Assembly: GCA_047495785.1 (NCBI GenBank)
Contig: JBLDXI010000050.1
Span: 434,001-498,000 of the forward strand
Source: Lepidodermella squamata
Taxonomy: Eukaryota; Animalia; Gastrotricha
DNA: 64,000 nucleotides
Direction: 5' to 3'
Shown: positions 41,721 through 53,938 of the stretch, one piece after another
Numbering within the stretch: position 1 is the stretch's first letter
Layout of the letters: each line of letters opens with the position of its first letter
The notes under the pieces: generated by a model
Database searches by the model: none
Seen by the model: the letters and a program-made list of their open reading frames with translations, nothing else
What the model was told of the DNA's origin: nothing
Position numbers and translations under genes: made by a program

Positions 41721-42250
41721 ATAGAGAATTCCTCGCCGACAGAACGCGCCGTGTCCGATCATTCTGGTAGCTCTCACAGAAAATTCATTGCCCTTGAGTG
41801 AAAGAAGAACGCCTCGCCGACAGAGCGCGTCGTGTCCGATCATTGTGGTAGCTCTCACAGCAATTTCAGAACATTCATTTCTCGGGTGCGAAACGATAAT
41901 GCCTGGCAGACAAAACGCGCCGTGTCAGTTTATTGTGGTAGCTCTCAAAGAAATTTCAGAAAATTCATTGCTCGGGTGCGAAACGATAATGCCTGGCAGA
42001 CAAAACGCATCGTGTCAGTTAATTTCGCTAGCTCTCACAGAAAATTCAGAAAATTTATTGCCCTTGAGTGAATGGAGAATGCCTCGCCGACAGAACGCAT
42101 CGTGTCCGATCATTGTGGTAGCTCTCACAGAAATGTCATGAAATGAATTGTCTAGGAGGAAATCGAGAATACAGCCAGACATGACGCATCGTGTCAGTTC
42201 ATTCTGGTAGCTCTCACAGAAATTTCAGGAAATTCATTGCTCGGGTGCGA
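41721..42250. repeat. Diverged 90-bp satellite, transition zone
   Basis: Same monomer with many private substitutions, a 9-bp deletion (~41780) and the first copy of a new 'GTCATGAAATGAATTGTCTAGGAGGAAATCGAGAATACAGCC' monomer (~42135). Confidence 0.92.
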
Positions 42251-43135
42251 TCCGGGCGATCCGTTCTTTAAGCGATTGCATCGAACTGCAGAAAGACTTG
42301 GATGAAATCATCAACTGGTTTGACGCTAACGGCCTGTCTGTGAATTCGAAAAAATGCGTCGTGCTTATACTCGGGCAAAACAAATTTATGTTCAAATTCA
42401 AAATTAAAGATGTCGAGCTTGATGTTGTGGACTCAGTGAAAGACCTCGGAATAATTATTGATAAAAATCTCACCTTCTCTGAGCACTGTAACGCATTGGC
42501 AACTAAATGCCTCAGAATTAACGGTGTTATTTGTAAATCGTTCGCCTCTAAATCCTTACGTCTCAAAGCCTATAAAACGTATACTTTATCTCGTCTTGAC
42601 TTTTGCCCGTCTGTTTACTCGCGTTACCTAATAACAGATATTGAAAAGGTCGAATCGATTCAAATCCGCTTCACAAAACGTTTGCTATATCGTAGTACCT
42701 ACTACTCATCGATCGAAGGCTCTTCCTATGAAGAACGACTAAAAAAGCTTGGGTTGTGTTCACTCGAATTAAGACGCTACCAACACGATCTTGCGTTATG
42801 TCATAAAATGTACCAGCGTGCTGTGGACTTAAATTTCTCTGACTTCTTTAATATTTCCACTAATCCGCGCTTACCGCATCATTCTGTTACGATGGAAAGC
42901 TACAGTCATGCCAGCTCTCAGTTTTCATTTGTGAGGCGAGTGCGTCCAGCCTGGAACCGGCTACCATCTTCCGTCGTTAATAATTCGTATTCTTCATTCT
43001 TGAAATATCTTAAATGTACTGACTTGGAAAAATTCACAATTTCTGTGGTGAGGCGCCATAACTTAACGTTTTGTTAATTCTTAATTGCTAAATGTCGAAA
43101 GACAAATTGCAAAATAAAACAGTATCAGTACTACC
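42251..43135 (+). mobile_element. 5'-truncated non-LTR retrotransposon (CR1-like LINE), 885 bp
   Basis: Interrupts a monomer at ...GGGTGCGA|AACGAT, with GCGA duplicated (42247-42250 and 43136-43139). Contains the ORF2 C-terminus, a short 3' UTR with AATAAA (43113-43118) and a CAGTA-T-CAGTA tail instead of poly(A). Confidence 0.9.
42253..43077 (+). pseudogene. LINE ORF2 C-terminal fragment (RT thumb region onward, truncated just after the expected YADD motif)
   Basis: Open frame RAIRSLSDCIELQKDLDEIINWFDANGLSVNSKKC...VKDLGIIID...IEKVESIQIRFTK...YEERLKKLGLCSLELRRYQHDL...RVRPAWNRLPSSVV. These motifs are typical of CR1-group ORF2. There is no endonuclease and no RT catalytic core. Confidence 0.88.
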
Positions 43136-46100
43136 GCGAAACGATAATGCCTGGCAGACAAAACGTGTCGTGTCCGATCATTGTGGTAGCTCTCAGAGAA
43201 ATTTCAGGAAATTCATTGCCCTTGAGTGAATGGAGAATGCCTCGCCGAAAGAACGCGTCGTGTCCGATTATTGTGGTAGCTCTCACATAAATTTCAGGAA
43301 ATTCATTGCTCGGGTGCGAAACGATAATGCCTGGCAGACAAAACGCATCGTGTCCGATCATTGTGGTAGCTCTCACAGAAATGTCATGAAATGAATTGTC
43401 TAGGAGGAAATCGAGAATACAGCCAGACATGACGCATCGTGTCAGTTCATTGTGGTAGCTCTCACAGAAATTTCAGGAAATTCATTGCTCGGGTGCGAAA
43501 CGATAATGCCTGGCAGACAAAACGTGTCGTGTCCGATCATTGTGGTAGCTCTCAGAGAAATTTCAGGAAATTCATTGCCCTTGAGTGAATGGAGAATGCC
43601 TCGCCGAAAGAACGCGTCGTGTCCGATTATTGTGGTAGCTCTCACATAAATTTCAGGAAATTCATTGCTCGGGTGCGAAACGATAATGCCTGGCAGACAA
43701 AACGCATCGTATCAGTTAATTGTGGTAGCTCTTACAGAAATTTCAGAAAATTCATTGCCCTTGAGTGAAAGGAGAATGGCTCGCCGAAAGAACGCATCGT
43801 GTCTGTTTATTGTGGTAGCCATCACAGGAATTTCAGGAAATTCATTGCTCGGGTGCGAAACGATAATGCCTCGCCGACAGAACGCATCGTGTATGTTTAT
43901 TGTGGTAGCCATCACAGGAATTTCAGGAAATTCATTGCTCGGGTGCGAAACGATAATGCCTGGCAGACAAAACGCATCGTGTCCGATCATTGTGGTAGCC
44001 ATCACAGAAATGTCATGAAATGAATTGTCTAGGAGGAAATCGAGAATACAGCCAGACATGACGCATCGTGTCAGTTCATTGTGGTAGCTCTTACAGAAAT
44101 TTCAGAAAATTCATTGCCCTTGAGTGAATGGAGAATGCCTCGCCGACAGAACGCATCGTGTCTGTTTATTGTGGTAGCCATCACAGGAATTTCAGGAAAT
44201 TCATTGCTCGGGTGCGAAACGATAATGCCTGGCAGACAAAACGCATCGTGTCCGATCATTGTGGTAGCCATCACAGAAATGTCATGAAATGAATTGTCTA
44301 GGAGGAAATCGAGAATACAGCCAGACATGACGCATCGTGTCAGTTCATTGTGGTAGCTCTCACAGAAATTTCAGGAAATTCATTGCTCGGGTGCGAAACG
44401 ATAATGCCTGGCAGACAAAACGTGTCGTGTCCGATCATTGTGGTAGCTCTCAGAGAAATTTCAGGAAATTCATTGCCCTTGAGTGAATGGAGAATGCCTC
44501 GCCGAAAGAACGCGTCGTGTCCGATTATTGTGGTAGCTCTCACAGAAATTTCAGGAAATTCATTGCTCTGGTGCGAAACGATAATGCCTGGCAGACAAAA
44601 CGTGTCGTGTCCGATCATTGTGGTAGCTCTCAGAGAAATCTCAGAAAATTCATTGCTCGGGTGCGAAACGATAATGCCTGGCAGACAGAACGCATCGTGT
44701 CCGATCATTGTGGTAGCTCTCAGAGAAATCTCAGAAAATTCATTGCTTGGGTGCGAAGCGATAATGCCTGGCAGACAAAACGTGTCGTGTTCGATCATTG
44801 TGGTAGCTCTCAGAGAAATTTCAGGAAATTCATTGCTCGGGTGCGAAACTATAATGCCTGGCAGACAAAACGCGCCGTGTCCGATCATTGTGGTAGCTCT
44901 CACAGAAATTTCAGAAAATTCATTGCGCGGGTCCGATCATTGTGGTAGCTCTCAGAGAAATCTCAGAAAATTCATTGCTCGGGTGCGAAACGATAATGCC
45001 TGGCAGACAAAAAGCATCGTGTCCGATCATTGTGGTAGCTCTCACAGAAATTTCAGAAAATTCATTGCCCTTGAGTGAAAGGAGAATGCCTCGCCGACAG
45101 AACGCATCGTGTCTGTTCATTGTGTTAGCTGTCACAGAAATGTCATGAAAAGAATTGTCTAGGAGGAAATCGAGAATACAGCCAGACATGACGCATCGTG
45201 TCAGTTCATTGTGGTAGCTCTCACAGAAATTTCAGGAAATTCATTGCTCGGGTGCGAAACGATAATGCCTGGCAGACAAAACGCATCGTGTCCGATCATT
45301 GTGGTAGCTCCCACAGAAATGTCATGAAATGAATTGTCTAGGAGGAAATCGAGAATACAGCCAGACAAAACGCGCCGTGTCCGATCATTGTGGTAGCTCT
45401 CGCAGAAAATTCATTGCCCTTGAGTGAATGGAGAATGGCTCGCCGACAGAACGCATCGTGTCTGTTTATTGTGGTAGCCATCACAGGAATTTCAGGAAAT
45501 TCATTGCTCGGGTGCGAAACGATAATGCCTGCAGAAAAACGCATCTTGTCCGATCATTTTAGTAGCTCTCACAGAAATTTCAGACAATTCATTGCCCTTG
45601 AGTGAATGGAGAATGCCTCGCCGACAGAACGCATCGTGTCTGTTTATTGTGGTAGCCATCACAGAAATTTCAGAAAATTTATTGCCCCTGAGTGAAAGGA
45701 GAATGCCTCGCCGACAGAACGCGTTGTGTCCGATCATTGTGGTAGCTCTCACAGAAATTTCAGTAAATTTATTGCCCTTGAGTGAAAGGAGAATGCCTCG
45801 CCGACAGAACGCGTCGTGTCTGTTCATTGTGTTAGCTGTCACAGAAATGTCATGAAAAGAATTGTCTAGGAGGAAATCGAGAATACAGCCAGACAGAACG
45901 CATCGTGTCCGATCATTGTGGTAGCTCTCACAGAAATTTCAGAAAATTCATTTCTCGGTTGCGAATCGATAATGCCTGCAGAAAAACGCATCTTGTCCGA
46001 TCATTTTAGTAGCTCTCACAGAAATTTCAGAAAATTTATTGCCCTTGAGTGAAAGGAGAATGCCTCGCCGCCAGAACGCATCGTGTCTGTTTATTGTGGT

Positions 46101-49100
46101 AGCCATCACAGAAATTTCAGAAAATTTATTGCCCTTGAGTGAAAGGAGAATGCCTCGCCGACAGAACGCGTTGTGTCCGATCATTGTGGTAGCTCTCACA
46201 GAAATTTCAGTAAATTTATTGCCCTTGAGTGAAAGGAGAATGCCTCGCCGACAGAACGCGTTGTGTCTGCTTATTGTGTTAGCTGTCACAGAATTGTGAG
46301 AAAATTCATTGCTCGGGTGCGAAACGATAATGCCTGGCAGACAAAACGCAGCGTGTCCGATCATTGTGGTAGCTCTCATAGAAATTTCAGAAAATTCATT
46401 TCTCGGTTGCGAATCGATAATGCCTGCAGAAAAACGCATCTTGTCCGATCATTTTAGTAGCTCTCACAGAAATTTCAGAAAATTCATTGCCCTTGAGTGA
46501 ATGAAGAATGGCTCGCCGGCAGAACGCGACGTCTCCGATCATTGTGGTAGCTCTCACAGAAAATTCATTGCCCTTCAGTGAATGAAGAATGCCTCGCCGA
46601 CAGAACGCATCGTGTCTGTTCATTGTGTTAGCTGTCACAGAAATGTCATGAAAAGAATTGTCTAGGAGGAAATTGAGAATACAGCCAGACAGAACGCATC
46701 GTGTCCGATCATTGTGGTAGCTCTCATAGAAATTTCAGAAAATTCATTGCTCGGGTGCGAAACGATAATGCCTGCAGAAAAACGCATCTTGTCCGATCAT
46801 TTTAGTAGCTCTCACAGAAATTTCAGACAATTCATTGCCCTTGAGTGAATGGAGAATGGCTCGCCGGCAGAACGCGACGTGTCCGATCATTGTGGTAGCT
46901 CTCACAGAAATTTCAGAAAATTTATTGCCCTTGAGTGAATGGAGAATGCCTCGCCGACAGAACGCATCGTGTCTGTTTATTGTGGTAGCCATCACAGAAA
47001 TTTCAGAAAATTTATTGCCCTTGAGTGAAAGGAGAATGCCTCGCCGACAGAACGCGTCGTGTCCGATCATTGTGGTAGCTCTCACAGAAATTTCAGTAAA
47101 TTTATTGCCCTTGAGTGAAAGGAGAATGCCTCGCCGACAGAACGCGTTGTGTCTGCTTATTGTGTTAGCTGTCACAGAATTGTGAGAAAATTCATTTCTC
47201 GGGATCGAAACGATTTCAGGAAATTCATTGCTCGGGTGCGAAACGATAATGCCTGGCAGACAAAACGCAGCGTGTCCGATCATTGTGGTAGCTCTCACAG
47301 AAATTTCAGAAAATTCATTTCTCGGTTGCGAATCGATAATGCCTGCAGAAAAACGCATCTTGTCCGATCATTTTAGTAGCTCTCACAGAAATTTCAGAAA
47401 ATTCATTGCCCTTGAGTGAATGAAGAATGGCTCGCCGGCAGAACGCGACGTCTCCGATCATTGTGGTAGCTCTCACAGAAAATTCATTGCCCTTCAGTGA
47501 ATGGAGAATGCCTCGCCGACAGAACGCATCGTGTCTGTTCATTGTGTTAGCTGTCACAGAAATGTCATGAAAAGAATTGTCTAGGAGGAAATTGAGAATA
47601 CAGCCAGACAGAACGCATCGTGTCCGATCATTGTGGTAGCTCTCATAGAAATTTCAGAAAATTCATTTCTCGGTTGCGAATCGATAATGCCTGCAGAAAA
47701 ACGCATCTTGTCCGATCATTTTAGTAGCTCTCACAGAAATTTCAGACAATTCATTGCCCTTGAGTGAATGGAGAATGGCTCGCCGGCAGAACGCGACGTG
47801 TCCGATCATTGTGGTAGCTCTCACAGAAATTTCAGAAAATTTATTGCCCTTGAGTGAATGGAGAATGCCTCGCCGACAGAACGCATCGTGTCTGTTTATT
47901 GTGGTAGCCATCACAGAAATTTCAGAAAATTTATTGCCCTTGAGTGAAAGGAGAATGCCTCGCCGACAGAACGCGTCGTGTCCGATCATTGTGGTAGCTC
48001 TCACAGAAATTTCAGTAAATTTATTGCCCTTGAGTGAAAGGAGAATGCCTCGCCGACAGAACGCGTTGTGTCTGCTTATTGTGTTAGCTGTCACAGAATT
48101 GTGAGAAAATTCATTTCTCGGGATCGAAACGATTTCAGGAAATTCATTGCTCGGGTGCGAAACGATAATGCCTGGCAGACAAAACGCAGCGTGTCCGATC
48201 ATTGTGGTAGCTCTCACAGAAATTTCAGAAAATTCATTTCTCGGTTGCGAATCGATAATGCCTGCAGAAAAACGCATCTTGTCCGATCATTTTAGTAGCT
48301 TTCACAGAAATTTCAGAAAATTCATTGCCCTTGAGTGAATGAAGAATGGCTCGCCGGCAGAACGCGACGTCTCCGATCATTGTGGTAGCTCTCACAGAAA
48401 ATTCATTGCCCTTCAGTGAATGGAGAATGCCTCGCCGACAGAACGCATCGTGTCTGTTCATTGTGTTAGCTGTCACAGAAATGTCATGAAAAGAATTGTC
48501 TAGGAGGAAATTGAGAATACAGCCAGACAGAACGCATCGTGTCCGATCATTGTGGTAGCTCTCATAGAAATTTCAGAAAATTCATTTCTCGGTTGCGAAT
48601 CGATAATGCCTGCAGAAAAACGCATCTTGTCCGATCATTTTAGTAGCTCTCACAGAAATTTCAGACAATTCATTGCCCTTGAGTGAATGGAGAATGGCTC
48701 GCCGGCAGAACGCGACGTGTCCGATCATTTTGGTAGCTCTCACAGAAATTTCAGAAAATTTATTGCCCTTGAGTGAAAGGAGAATGCCTCGCCGACAGAA
48801 CGCGTTGTGTCCGATCATTGTGGTAGCTCTCACAGAAATTTCAGAAAATTCATTTCTCGGGTGCGAAACGATAATGTGGTAGCTCTCACAGAAATTTCAG
48901 AAAATTCATTTCCCGGTTGCGAATCGATAATGCCTGCAGAAAAACGCATCTTGTCCGATCATTTTAGTAGCTCTCACAGAAATTTCAGAAAATTCATTGC
49001 CCTTGAGTGAATGAAGAATGGCTCGCCGGCAGAACGCGACGTGTCCGATCATTGTGGTAGCTCTCGCAGAAAATTCATTGCCCTTGAGTGAATGGAGAAT

Positions 49101-52100
49101 GGCTCGCCGACAGAACGCATCGTGTCTGTTTATTGTGGTAGCCATCACAGGAATTTCAGGAAATTCATTGCTCGGGTGCGAAACGATAATGCCTGCAGAA
49201 AAACGCATCTTGTCCGATCATTTTAGTAGCTCTCACAGAAATTTCAGACAATTCATTGCCCTTGAGTGAATGGAGAATGCCTCGCCGACAGAACGCATCG
49301 TGTCTGTTTATTGTGGTAGCCATCACAGAAATTTCAGAAAATTTATTGCCCTTGAGTGAAAGGAGAATGCCTCGCCGACAGAACGCGTTGTGTCCGATCA
49401 TTGTGGTAGCTCTCACAGAAATTTCAGTAAATTTATTGCCCTTGAGTGAAAGGAGAATGCCTCGCCGACAGAACGCGTTGTGTCTGCTTATTGTGTTAGC
49501 TGTCACAGAATTGTGAGAAAATTCATTTCTCGGGATCGAAACGATTTCAGGAAATTCATTGCTCGGGTGCGAAACGATAATGCCTGGCAGACAAAACGCA
49601 TCGTGTCTGTTCATTGTGTTAGCTGTCACAGAAATGTCATGAAAAGAATTGTCTAGGAGGAAATTGAGAATACAGCCAGACAGAACGCATCGTGTCCGAT
49701 CATTGTGGTAGCTCTCATAGAAATTTCAGAAAATTCATTTCTCGGTTGCGAATCGATAATGCCTGCAGAAAAACGCATCTTGTCCGATCATTTTAGTAGC
49801 TCTCACAGAAATTTCAGACAATTCATTGCCCTTGAGTGAATGGAGAATGCCTCGCCGACAGAACGCATCGTGTCTGTTTATTGTGGTAGCCATCACAGAA
49901 ATTTCAGAAAATTTATTGCCCTTGAGTGAAAGGAGAATGCCTCGCCGACAGAACGCGTTGTGTCTGCTTATTGTGTTAGCTGTCACAGAATTGTGAGAAA
50001 ATTCATTTCTCGGGATCGAAACGATTTCAGGAAATTCATTGCTCGGGTGCGAAACGATAATGCCTGGCAGACAAAACGCATCGTGTCTGTTCATTGTGTT
50101 AGCTGTCACAGAAATGTCATGAAAAGAATTGTCTAGGAGGAAATTGAGAATACAGCCAGACAGAACGCATCGTGTCTGTTTATTGTGGTAGCCATCACAG
50201 GAATTTCAGGAAATTCATTGCTCGGGTGCGAAACGATAATGCCTGCAGAAAAACGCATCTTGTCCGATCATTTTAGTAGCTCTCACAGAAATTTCAGACA
50301 ATTCATTGCCCTTGAGTGAATGGAGAATGCCTCGCCGACAGAACGCATCGTGTCTGTTTATTGTGGTAGCCATCACAGAAATTTCAGAAAATTTATTGCC
50401 CTTGAGTGAAAGGAGAATGCCTCGCCGACAGAACGCGTTGTGTCCGATCATTGTGGTAGCTCTCACAGAAATTTCAGTAAATTTATTGCCCTTGAGTGAA
50501 AGGAGAATGCCTCGCCGACAGAACGCGTTGTGTCTGCTTATTGTGTTAGCTGTCACAGAATTGTGAGAAAATTCATTTCTCGGGATCGAAACGATTTCAG
50601 GAAATTCATTGCTCGGGTGCGAAACGATAATGCCTGGCAGACAAAACGCAGCGTGTCCGATCGTTGTGATAGCTCTCACAGAAATTTCAGAAAATTCATT
50701 TCTCGGTTGCGAATCGATAATGCCTGCAGAAAAACGCATCTTGTCCGATCATTTTAGTAGCTCTCACAGAAATTTCAGAAAATTCATTGCCCTTGAGTGA
50801 ATGAAGAATGGCTCGCCGGCAGAACGCGACGTGTCCGATCATTGTGGTAGCTCTCACAGAAATTTCAGAAAATTTATTGCCCTCGAGTGAAAGGAGAATG
50901 CCTCGCCGACAGAACGCGTTGTGTCCGATCATTGTGGTAGCTCTCACAGAAATTTCAGAAAATTTATTGCCCTCGAGTGAAAGGAGAATGCCTCGCCGAC
51001 AGAACGCGTTGTGTCCGATCATTGTGGTAGCTCTCACAGAAATTTCAGAAAATTTATTGCCCTTGAGTGAAAGGAGAATGCCTCGCCGACAGAACGCGTT
51101 GTGTCCGATCATTGTGGTAGCTCTCACAGAAATTTCAGAAAATTCATTTCTCGGTTGCGAATCGATAATGCCTGCAGAAAAACGCATCTTGTCCGATCAT
51201 TTTAGTAGCTCTCACAGAAATTTCAGACAATTCATTGCCCTTGAGTGAATGGAGAATGGCTCGCCGGCAGAACGCGACGTGTCCGATCATTTTGGTAGCT
51301 CTCACAGAAATTTCAGAAAATTTATTGCCCTTGAGTGAAAGGAGAATGCCTCGCCGACAGAACGCGTTGTGTCCGATCATTGTGGTAGCTCTCACAGAAA
51401 TTTCAGAAAATTCATTTCTCGGGTGCGAAACGATAATGTGGTAGCTCTCACAGAAATTTCAGAAAATTCATTTCCCGGTTGCGAATCGATAATGCCTGCA
51501 GAAAAACGCATCTTGTCCGATCATTTTAGTAGCTCTCACAGAAATTTCAGAAAATTCATTGCCCTTGAGTGAATGAAGAATGGCTCGCCGGCAGAACGCG
51601 ACGTGTCCGATCATTGTGGTAGCTCTCGCAGAAAATTCATTGCCCTTGAGTGAATGGAGAATGGCTCGCCGACAGAACGCATCGTGTCTGTTTATTGTGG
51701 TAGCCATCACAGGAATTTCAGGAAATTCATTGCTCGGGTGCGAAACGATAATGCCTGCAGAAAAACGCATCTTGTCCGATCATTTTAGTAGCTCTCACAG
51801 AAATTTCAGACAATTCATTGCCCTTGAGTGAATGGAGAATGCCTCGCCGACAGAACGCATCGTGTCTGTTTATTGTGGTAGCCATCACAGAAATTTCAGA
51901 AAATTTATTGCCCTTGAGTGAAAGGAGAATGCCTCGCCGACAGAACGCGTTGTGTCCGATCATTGTGGTAGCTCTCACAGAAATTTCAGTAAATTTATTG
52001 CCCTTGAGTGAAAGGAGAATGCCTCGCCGACAGAACGCGTTGTGTCTGCTTATTGTGTTAGCTGTCACAGAATTGTGAGAAAATTCATTTCTCGGGATCG

Positions 52101-52255
52101 AAACGATTTCAGGAAATTCATTGCTCGGGTGCGAAACGATAATGCCTGGCAGACAAAACGCAGCGTGTCCGATCGTTGTGATAGCTCTCACAGAAATTTC
52201 AGAAAATTCATTTCTCGGTTGCGAATCGATAATGCCTGCAGAAAAACGCATCTTG
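43136..52255. repeat. Diverged layer of the 90-bp satellite with indel monomers and irregular HORs (e.g. 919 bp, 2562 bp)
   Basis: Same core motif. Contains 89-, 81-, ~48- and ~33-bp derivative monomers. Blocks repeat at 46396/47315/48234 and at 48807/51369. Confidence 0.95.
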
Positions 52256-52582
52256 TGTAACCGGTGTGAAGTCGACCATGACGAACCGCCGCTCAGATCG
52301 TCGACATGCTACGCATCACCGGCATCGTAGCGCGGTTCCACTCGGCTTACACCGCTACGGCTCACTGACGTTTTAGCGCGATCCCTGTAGCCGACACAGT
52401 AGCTGATGTTTCGCATGACCGGTTCTCATCATCCGGAACCAACACGGCCTCGAAAAACAACCCATCCTGATAGTATTTAAGCTGATGTAATTTGTCGATA
52501 AAATAACAAGTTGTACAAGTATAATAAAGTTGTGAGATTACCACTTCTGCCGTCTCTTGCCTAGTGTCGAACCCCTGTTACA
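52256..52582 (+). repeat. 5' LTR (327 bp)
   Basis: Starts TGTAAC and ends GTTACA (6-bp terminal inverted repeat). No differences from the 3' LTR on visual comparison. Confidence 0.97.
52474..52480 (+). promoter_or_regulatory. Putative LTR TATA box (TATTTAA)
   Basis: TATA-like motif ~50 bp upstream of the LTR AATAAA, the usual U3-R layout. It implies a short R region. Confidence 0.5.
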
Positions 52583-52585
52583 TTT

Positions 52586-52600
52586 TGGTGTCAGAAGTGG
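52586..52600 (+). promoter_or_regulatory. Primer binding site, tRNA-Leu type
   Basis: TGGTGTCAGAAGTGG lies 3 nt after the 5' LTR. It is complementary to the ...CCACTTCTGACACCA 3' end of metazoan tRNA-Leu(CAA); the tRNA sequence is recalled, not searched. Confidence 0.85.
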
Positions 52601-52807
52601 CTCTAGCCAAGAACGGCAGATCCCGCAGTCAAGTTGGAACCGGTCGACCCAAGCGAGCAAGACCAAACCGAAGCAAGCAACCAAGCTACTAACACTAGCA
52701 GAAGAAGCCAAGCGGAAGCAAGCAAACCATCCACCGACCTCCTTGCAATTACCCTAAAGAGACTTGGTCAGAAAACCAGCGCGCAGAAGAAGCCAGCAGC
52801 AACAACA

Positions 52808-53938
52808 ATGACGACAACTCTGTCTATCGACAAGGCGACGACGATCATCCCGAAAATCACCGGCGAATCATGGATGGCATTCGACAATGAGTGGCGACAA
52901 TTCGTCGATATCGTTCACGCTTGTGGTGGCGCCGACCCATTGCCGATACCAACGAGTGGAGCAGACCCAAATGCCTCGGAACCACAAAAATCCAAGGTCG
53001 AGAAGATGCAATATTTTGTCAACATCCTGGGATCGTTCCTACGCGGAAAAGCACTTCAAGTCTGGTATGAAGGTAACCGAGACGACATCAAAACGCTAGC
53101 AACAGCAAAAGCAGTACTGGAGGAAGGCCTCAACCTAAGACTGACAGCAGGCAGAGCAACGAAGCAGTTCTTCTCACGCGTACAAGGCACAAACGAAACG
53201 GTACGTGATTACATCGGCGACCTCAAACGCATAATGCAACACATGGGCAAAACGGAAAGCGAACGTGAGTACTGCCTGACACAACGTTTCCTAATGGGAA
53301 TTAAACCAGCACTACGGGTGGCAGTCTTCCGGCACGGCGAACCGAAGTCACTACAGAGCGCGTATGAACTAGCAGCCCTAGAAGAAGCCGCGCTGAATTC
53401 AACGACACTAAGCGAAAACGGAGCAGTTGTAGCCCAAGTATGGCCAACACCGGACGACATCGGAACCAACGACCCCGTGAAGCTACTGGTTCAGTTGGTA
53501 CGCGATCAAAACGAGATGCTACAAACTATGAAATCGTTAGTCGGACGGAGCAATAATCGTGAGCCCGATCAACGACAGTTTAGCAATAACAACCGCCGAT
53601 ACCCACCACGACAACAGCAAAACGGACGAAACGGTCAACAACAGCCGAGACCACCTACAGCGGGTTGCTACAATTGCGGACGCCACGGCCATATCGCGAG
53701 AAACTGTAACAACGGAAGATCTTGCTACAAGTGCGGACGACGAGGACACGTGCAAGCCCAATGTCGAAGTCAAGCACCTACAAACCAGACACCGAACGAC
53801 CGTTACCCACAAAACCAACCCGACGCAACAGTAAAGCCATGGAACGTACAACAAGTCACGGAAGATCCGATCTACTGGCAACCGCAAGTCGACGAATGGG
53901 GAAACGCAAACGGGTCGACCCCTTGTCCGGGAAAGTAG
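52808..53938 (+). CDS. gag: Gag polyprotein (capsid-like domain plus two CCHC zinc knuckles)
   Basis: First ATG is at 52808, although the frame is open from ~52607. Has a retrotransposon gag motif (RVQGTNETVRDYIGDL) and knuckles CYNCGRHGHIARNC and CYKCGRRGHVQAQC. Confidence 0.93.
   Translation: MTTTLSIDKATTIIPKITGESWMAFDNEWRQFVDIVHACGGADPLPIPTSGADPNASEPQKSKVEKMQYFVNILGSFLRGKALQVWYEGNRDDIKTLATAKAVLEEGLNLRLTAGRATKQFFSRVQGTNETVRDYIGDLKRIMQHMGKTESEREYCLTQRFLMGIKPALRVAVFRHGEPKSLQSAYELAALEEAALNSTTLSENGAVVAQVWPTPDDIGTNDPVKLLVQLVRDQNEMLQTMKSLVGRSNNREPDQRQFSNNNRRYPPRQQQNGRNGQQQPRPPTAGCYNCGRHGHIARNCNNGRSCYKCGRRGHVQAQCRSQAPTNQTPNDRYPQNQPDATVKPWNVQQVTEDPIYWQPQVDEWGNANGSTPCPGK

Noticed and set aside
52362-52544. 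60-aa minus-strand ORF in each LTR
   Set aside because: Short, non-ATG start, overlaps the promoter and poly(A) signals, and shows no coding features.
53722-53901. ORF-track start of pol at 53722
   Set aside because: This is a TTG in the gag overlap. The frameshift signal at 53899 explains Pol expression better.
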